Source of the DNA: an uncultured Actinomycetota bacterium
GTDB lineage: Bacteria; Actinomycetota; Actinomycetes; Mycobacteriales; Pseudonocardiaceae
Length of the DNA: 64,000 bases
Assembly (NCBI GenBank): GCA_963776255.1
Contig: CAVZMB010000022.1
Coordinates: 1,789 to 65,788, forward strand
Direction: 5' to 3'
The position numbers were made by a program, and so were the translations under genes. The number at the start of each line of letters is the position of its first letter. The first letter of the stretch is position 1. Below the pieces are notes generated by a model that was not told the origin of the DNA, did no database searches, and saw nothing but the letters and a program-made list of their open reading frames with translations. This document shows positions 60,742-64,000 of this stretch, piece after piece.

Positions 60742-61935
60742 ATGGCCCGGCTCGCCCAGACCGCCGGACTCACCGACGTCCAGCAGGAGTTCCTGTCCAC
60801 GGTCAAGACCTTCGTGGACAAGGAGATCATCCCGTACGCCCAGGAGCTGGAGCACTCCGACAGCTACCCGTCGGACATCGTCGATGGGATGAAGGAGATG
60901 GGCCTGTTCGGGCTGACGATCGCCGAGGAGTACGGCGGCCTCGGCGAGTCGCTGCTCACCTACGCGCTGGTCGTCGAGCAGCTCGCCCGGGGCTGGATGA
61001 GCGTGTCCGGCGTGCTCAACACGCACTTCATCGTGGCGCACATGATCGGCCAGCACGGCACCGAGGAGCAGCAGCGGCACTACCTGCCGCAGATGGCCGA
61101 GGGAGCCGTTCGCGGGGCCTTCTCGATGTCCGAGCCCGAGCTCGGCTCGGACGTCGCGGCGATCAAGACCAGGGCCAAGCGTGACGGTGCTGACTACGTG
61201 ATCAACGGCGCCAAGATGTGGCTGACCAACGGCAGCACGTCGAACCTGGTCGCGACGCTGGTGAAGACCGACGAGGGTGCGGAGAAGCCGTACCAGAACC
61301 TCACCTGCTTCCTGGTCGACAAGCCGGAGGGTTTCGGCGAGGTGGCCCCGGGACTCAGCATCCCCGGCAAGATCGACAAGATGGGCTACAAGGGGGTCGA
61401 CACCACCGAGCTGGTGTTCGACGGCTACCGCATCGGCGCCGACCACGTCCTCGGAAACCAGCCCGGCGCCGGTTTCCGGCAGATGATGGACGGCGTCGAG
61501 GTCGGCCGGGTGAACGTGGCCGCCCGCGGTTGCGGGATCGCCATCCGGGCGTTCGAGCTGGCGATCGGCTACGCCCAGCAGCGCACCACCTTCGGCAAGC
61601 CGATCGCCGAGCACCAGGCGATCGCGTTCAAGCTCGCCGAGATGGCCACCAAGGTCGAGGCCGCGCACCTGATGATGACCAACGCGGCGCGGCTGAAGGA
61701 CTCCGGCGCGCGGTTCGACGTGGAGGCCGGGATGGCCAAGCTGCTCGCCTCGGAGTACTGCAAGGAGGTCACCGACGACGCGTTCCGCATCCACGGCGGG
61801 TACGGCTACTCCAAGGAATACGAGATCGAGCGGCTGATGCGCGAGGCGCCGTTCCTGCTGATCGGCGAGGGCACCTCCGAGATCCAGAAGACGATCATCA
61901 GCCGCGGCCTGTTGAAGGAGTACAAGCTGCGGTGA
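60742..61935 (+). CDS. Acyl-CoA dehydrogenase
   Basis: FSMSEPELGSD, GAKMWLTNG, FGKPIAEHQ, IHGGYGY, GEGTSEIQ. Confidence 0.95.
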   Translation: MARLAQTAGLTDVQQEFLSTVKTFVDKEIIPYAQELEHSDSYPSDIVDGMKEMGLFGLTIAEEYGGLGESLLTYALVVEQLARGWMSVSGVLNTHFIVAHMIGQHGTEEQQRHYLPQMAEGAVRGAFSMSEPELGSDVAAIKTRAKRDGADYVINGAKMWLTNGSTSNLVATLVKTDEGAEKPYQNLTCFLVDKPEGFGEVAPGLSIPGKIDKMGYKGVDTTELVFDGYRIGADHVLGNQPGAGFRQMMDGVEVGRVNVAARGCGIAIRAFELAIGYAQQRTTFGKPIAEHQAIAFKLAEMATKVEAAHLMMTNAARLKDSGARFDVEAGMAKLLASEYCKEVTDDAFRIHGGYGYSKEYEIERLMREAPFLLIGEGTSEIQKTIISRGLLKEYKLR

Positions 61936-62025
61936 TCGCTGGCATGATGGGCGGCCTTGCAGCCCTGGCCGTGCGTGGAGGCGGCCCAGAACCGGGGGCT
62001 GCCTAGTAGTGGAGGCACGAGCACC

Positions 62026-62580
62026 GTGACGATGCCGTTCGGCGGGAGCTCCCGGGCCCAGCCCGGCCTGCCCAACCTGCCAACTCCGCCGACCGGCTGG
62101 CCGGTCGGGTCCTACGCCACCTACGAGGAGGCCCAGCGCGCCGTCGACTACCTGGCCGACAACGACTTCCCGGTGCAGGACGTGACGATCGTCGGGGTCG
62201 ACCTGATGCTGGTCGAACGGGTGATCGGCCGGCTGTCGTGGGGGCGGGTGCTGGCCTCCGGTGCGCTGTCCGGGGCCTGGTTCGGCTTGTTCGTCGGCTT
62301 GCTGCTGAGCCTGTTCAGCGTCAACACCGTCGCGGCCGCCGACAACCCGCTGGCCGCCAACGCGTGGATCCCGATCCTGTACGGCCTGGGATTCGGCATC
62401 GTGTTCGGGCTGGTGTTCGCCGCGGTCGGCTACGCCGCGAGCCGGGGTCGGCGGGACTTCACCTCGTCCAGCCAGATCGTCGCCGGCCGCTACGACGTGC
62501 TGTGCGAGCCGCGCAACGCCGAGAAGGCAAAGGAGATGCTGGCCCAGCTCGCCCAGAAGCCCGCGGACTCCACCAGCTGA
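62026..62580 (+). CDS. General stress protein 17M-like membrane protein
   Basis: SYATYEEAQRAVDYLAD.DFPV, two TM segments, RRDFTSSSQIVAGRYDV. Confidence 0.88.
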   Translation: MTMPFGGSSRAQPGLPNLPTPPTGWPVGSYATYEEAQRAVDYLADNDFPVQDVTIVGVDLMLVERVIGRLSWGRVLASGALSGAWFGLFVGLLLSLFSVNTVAAADNPLAANAWIPILYGLGFGIVFGLVFAAVGYAASRGRRDFTSSSQIVAGRYDVLCEPRNAEKAKEMLAQLAQKPADSTS

Positions 62581-62585
62581 GCCGG

Positions 62586-62652
62586 CCGCCCCGTTCCTGC
62601 CGAACGAGCGGCACTTTCGTGCGATAGGGCCGTACAAGCACGCCGTTGATCA
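62586..62652 (-). repeat. 67-bp dispersed intergenic repeat, copy 2
   Basis: Reverse complement matches 15865-15931. Confidence 0.75.
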
Positions 62653-62680
62653 AGGTGCGCGGATCAGTAGGCTGTGCCGG

Positions 62681-63865
62681 ATGACGGCGTCGGTGGATCC
62701 GCTGGTGCAGCGGATGCGCGAGTTCGGCACGACGATCTTCGCCGAGATGTCCGCGCTGGCCGTCCGCACCGGCGCGGTCAACCTCGGCCAGGGGTTCCCG
62801 GACACCGACGGCCCGCCGGAGATGCTGGACGCCGCGGCCGCCGCGCTGCGCTCCGGGCAGAACCAGTACCCGCCCGGCCCGGGCATCCCGGCGCTGCGCA
62901 CCGCGATCGCAGCCAACCAGCGCAGGTTCTGGGGGCTGGACTACGACCCCGACAGCGAGGTGCTGGTCACCACCGGCGCCACCGAGGCGATCGCCTCGGC
63001 CGTGCAGGCGCTCTGCGAGCCCGGCGACGAGGTGGTCTGCTTCGAGCCGTACTACGACTCCTACGCCGCCACGATCGCACTGGCCGGCGCCACCCGTCGC
63101 CCCGTCACACTCAAGCCCACCGAGGGCGGGCGCTACGGCTTCGATCCCGGCGCGTTACGGGACGCATTCGGACCGCGCACCCGACTGGTGCTGCTCAACT
63201 CGCCGCACAACCCGACCGGGAAGGTGTTCACCGCCGACGAGCTCGCCCAGATCGCCGAGCTGTGCATCGAGCACGACGCCTACGCGGTGACCGACGAGGT
63301 CTACGAGCACCTGGTGTTCACCGACGCCCCGACCACCCACATCCCGCTCGCCACGCTGCCCGGGATGCGGCAGCGCACCGTCCGGATCTCCTCGGCCGGC
63401 AAGACCTTCTCCTGCACCGGCTGGAAGATCGGCTGGGCCGCCGGGCCGGCCCCGCTGGTCTCCGCGGTGATGCGGATCAAGCAGTTCCTCACCTACGTCA
63501 GCGGTGCGCCGTTGCAGCCGGCGGTCGCGGTCGCGCTCGGGCTGCCCGACGCGTACTTCACCGCGTTCCGGGACGGCCTGCAGGCGCGGCGCGACCAGCT
63601 GGTCAGCGGGCTGGCCGACGCCGGGCTCCGGGTGCTGCGGCCGGACGGCACCTACTTCGTCACCGCAGACATCACGCCGCTGGAGCCAGCCGCGGACGGG
63701 ATCGAGTTCTGCCGCCGGCTGCCCGAGCGGTGCGGGGTGGTCGCGGTGCCCACCCAGGTGTTCTACGACGACACGGAGGCCGGCCGGCACCTGGTGCGGT
63801 TCGCCTTCTGCAAGCGCGCCGAGGTGCTCGCCGAGGCCGTGCGGCGGCTCCGCACGCTGGGCTAG
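62681..63865 (+). CDS. PLP-dependent class I/II aminotransferase
   Basis: NLGQGFPD, NSPHNPTG, DEVYEH, SAGKTFSCTGWKIG. Confidence 0.95.
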   Translation: MTASVDPLVQRMREFGTTIFAEMSALAVRTGAVNLGQGFPDTDGPPEMLDAAAAALRSGQNQYPPGPGIPALRTAIAANQRRFWGLDYDPDSEVLVTTGATEAIASAVQALCEPGDEVVCFEPYYDSYAATIALAGATRRPVTLKPTEGGRYGFDPGALRDAFGPRTRLVLLNSPHNPTGKVFTADELAQIAELCIEHDAYAVTDEVYEHLVFTDAPTTHIPLATLPGMRQRTVRISSAGKTFSCTGWKIGWAAGPAPLVSAVMRIKQFLTYVSGAPLQPAVAVALGLPDAYFTAFRDGLQARRDQLVSGLADAGLRVLRPDGTYFVTADITPLEPAADGIEFCRRLPERCGVVAVPTQVFYDDTEAGRHLVRFAFCKRAEVLAEAVRRLRTLG

Positions 63866-64000
63866 TGTCCTGAGTCGGACACTAACGGGTCGTTCAACCG
63901 CGCCGAGCCGATGCGACAGAATGCCGACGTGGTCGGACCGGACTCGGGTGGCGCGCGGGACCGCGCCGACGTTGCAGGCGCGTTCGACACGGTCGCCGCC

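Noticed and set aside
1-64000. Numerous long Arg/Pro/Ala-rich overlapping ORFs; programmed frameshifting as the explanation for split genes
   Set aside because: Shadow frames are expected at this GC content, and the breaks lack consistent slippery sites and look like random indels.

Overview
High-GC actinobacterial DNA, probably Pseudonocardiaceae-like (inferred from gene content and order). Backbone genes: rmuC-ogt-alkA-ychF at the left, then from about 21 kb phhB, an ABC/two-component block, and lpqW-mshB-fdxA-dapC-dapD-dapE-LOG-folP-gpgS-tag-glgA-glgC-sigE-rseA-htrA-tatB-mrp-MgtE-like-ppk2. The order largely parallels M. tuberculosis Rv1159A-Rv1234. The accessory stretch at 4.4-21 kb holds the two main observations. 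(1) A compact alginate-like exopolysaccharide cluster (8253-15407): a PL7 alginate lyase lipoprotein, a short GDP-mannose/UDP-sugar dehydrogenase, a processive GT2 synthase, a membrane-anchored beta-helix protein, and an AlgG-like mannuronan C5-epimerase lipoprotein with the YGIDPH...KHGII motif. (2) A 3.4-kb integrase-less island in the 3' end of ychF, with the canonical ychF tail (EFRFNV-stop) displaced to 7860-7880 and a second diverged tail at 5229-5282. Several REP/MIRU-like repeat families and two MprA-type boxes are also visible. Many conserved genes carry single-base indels, most likely sequencing or assembly errors, so their coordinates are approximate. No rRNA, tRNA or CRISPR array was recognised. 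All calls come from motif recognition and gene order; no database search was run.
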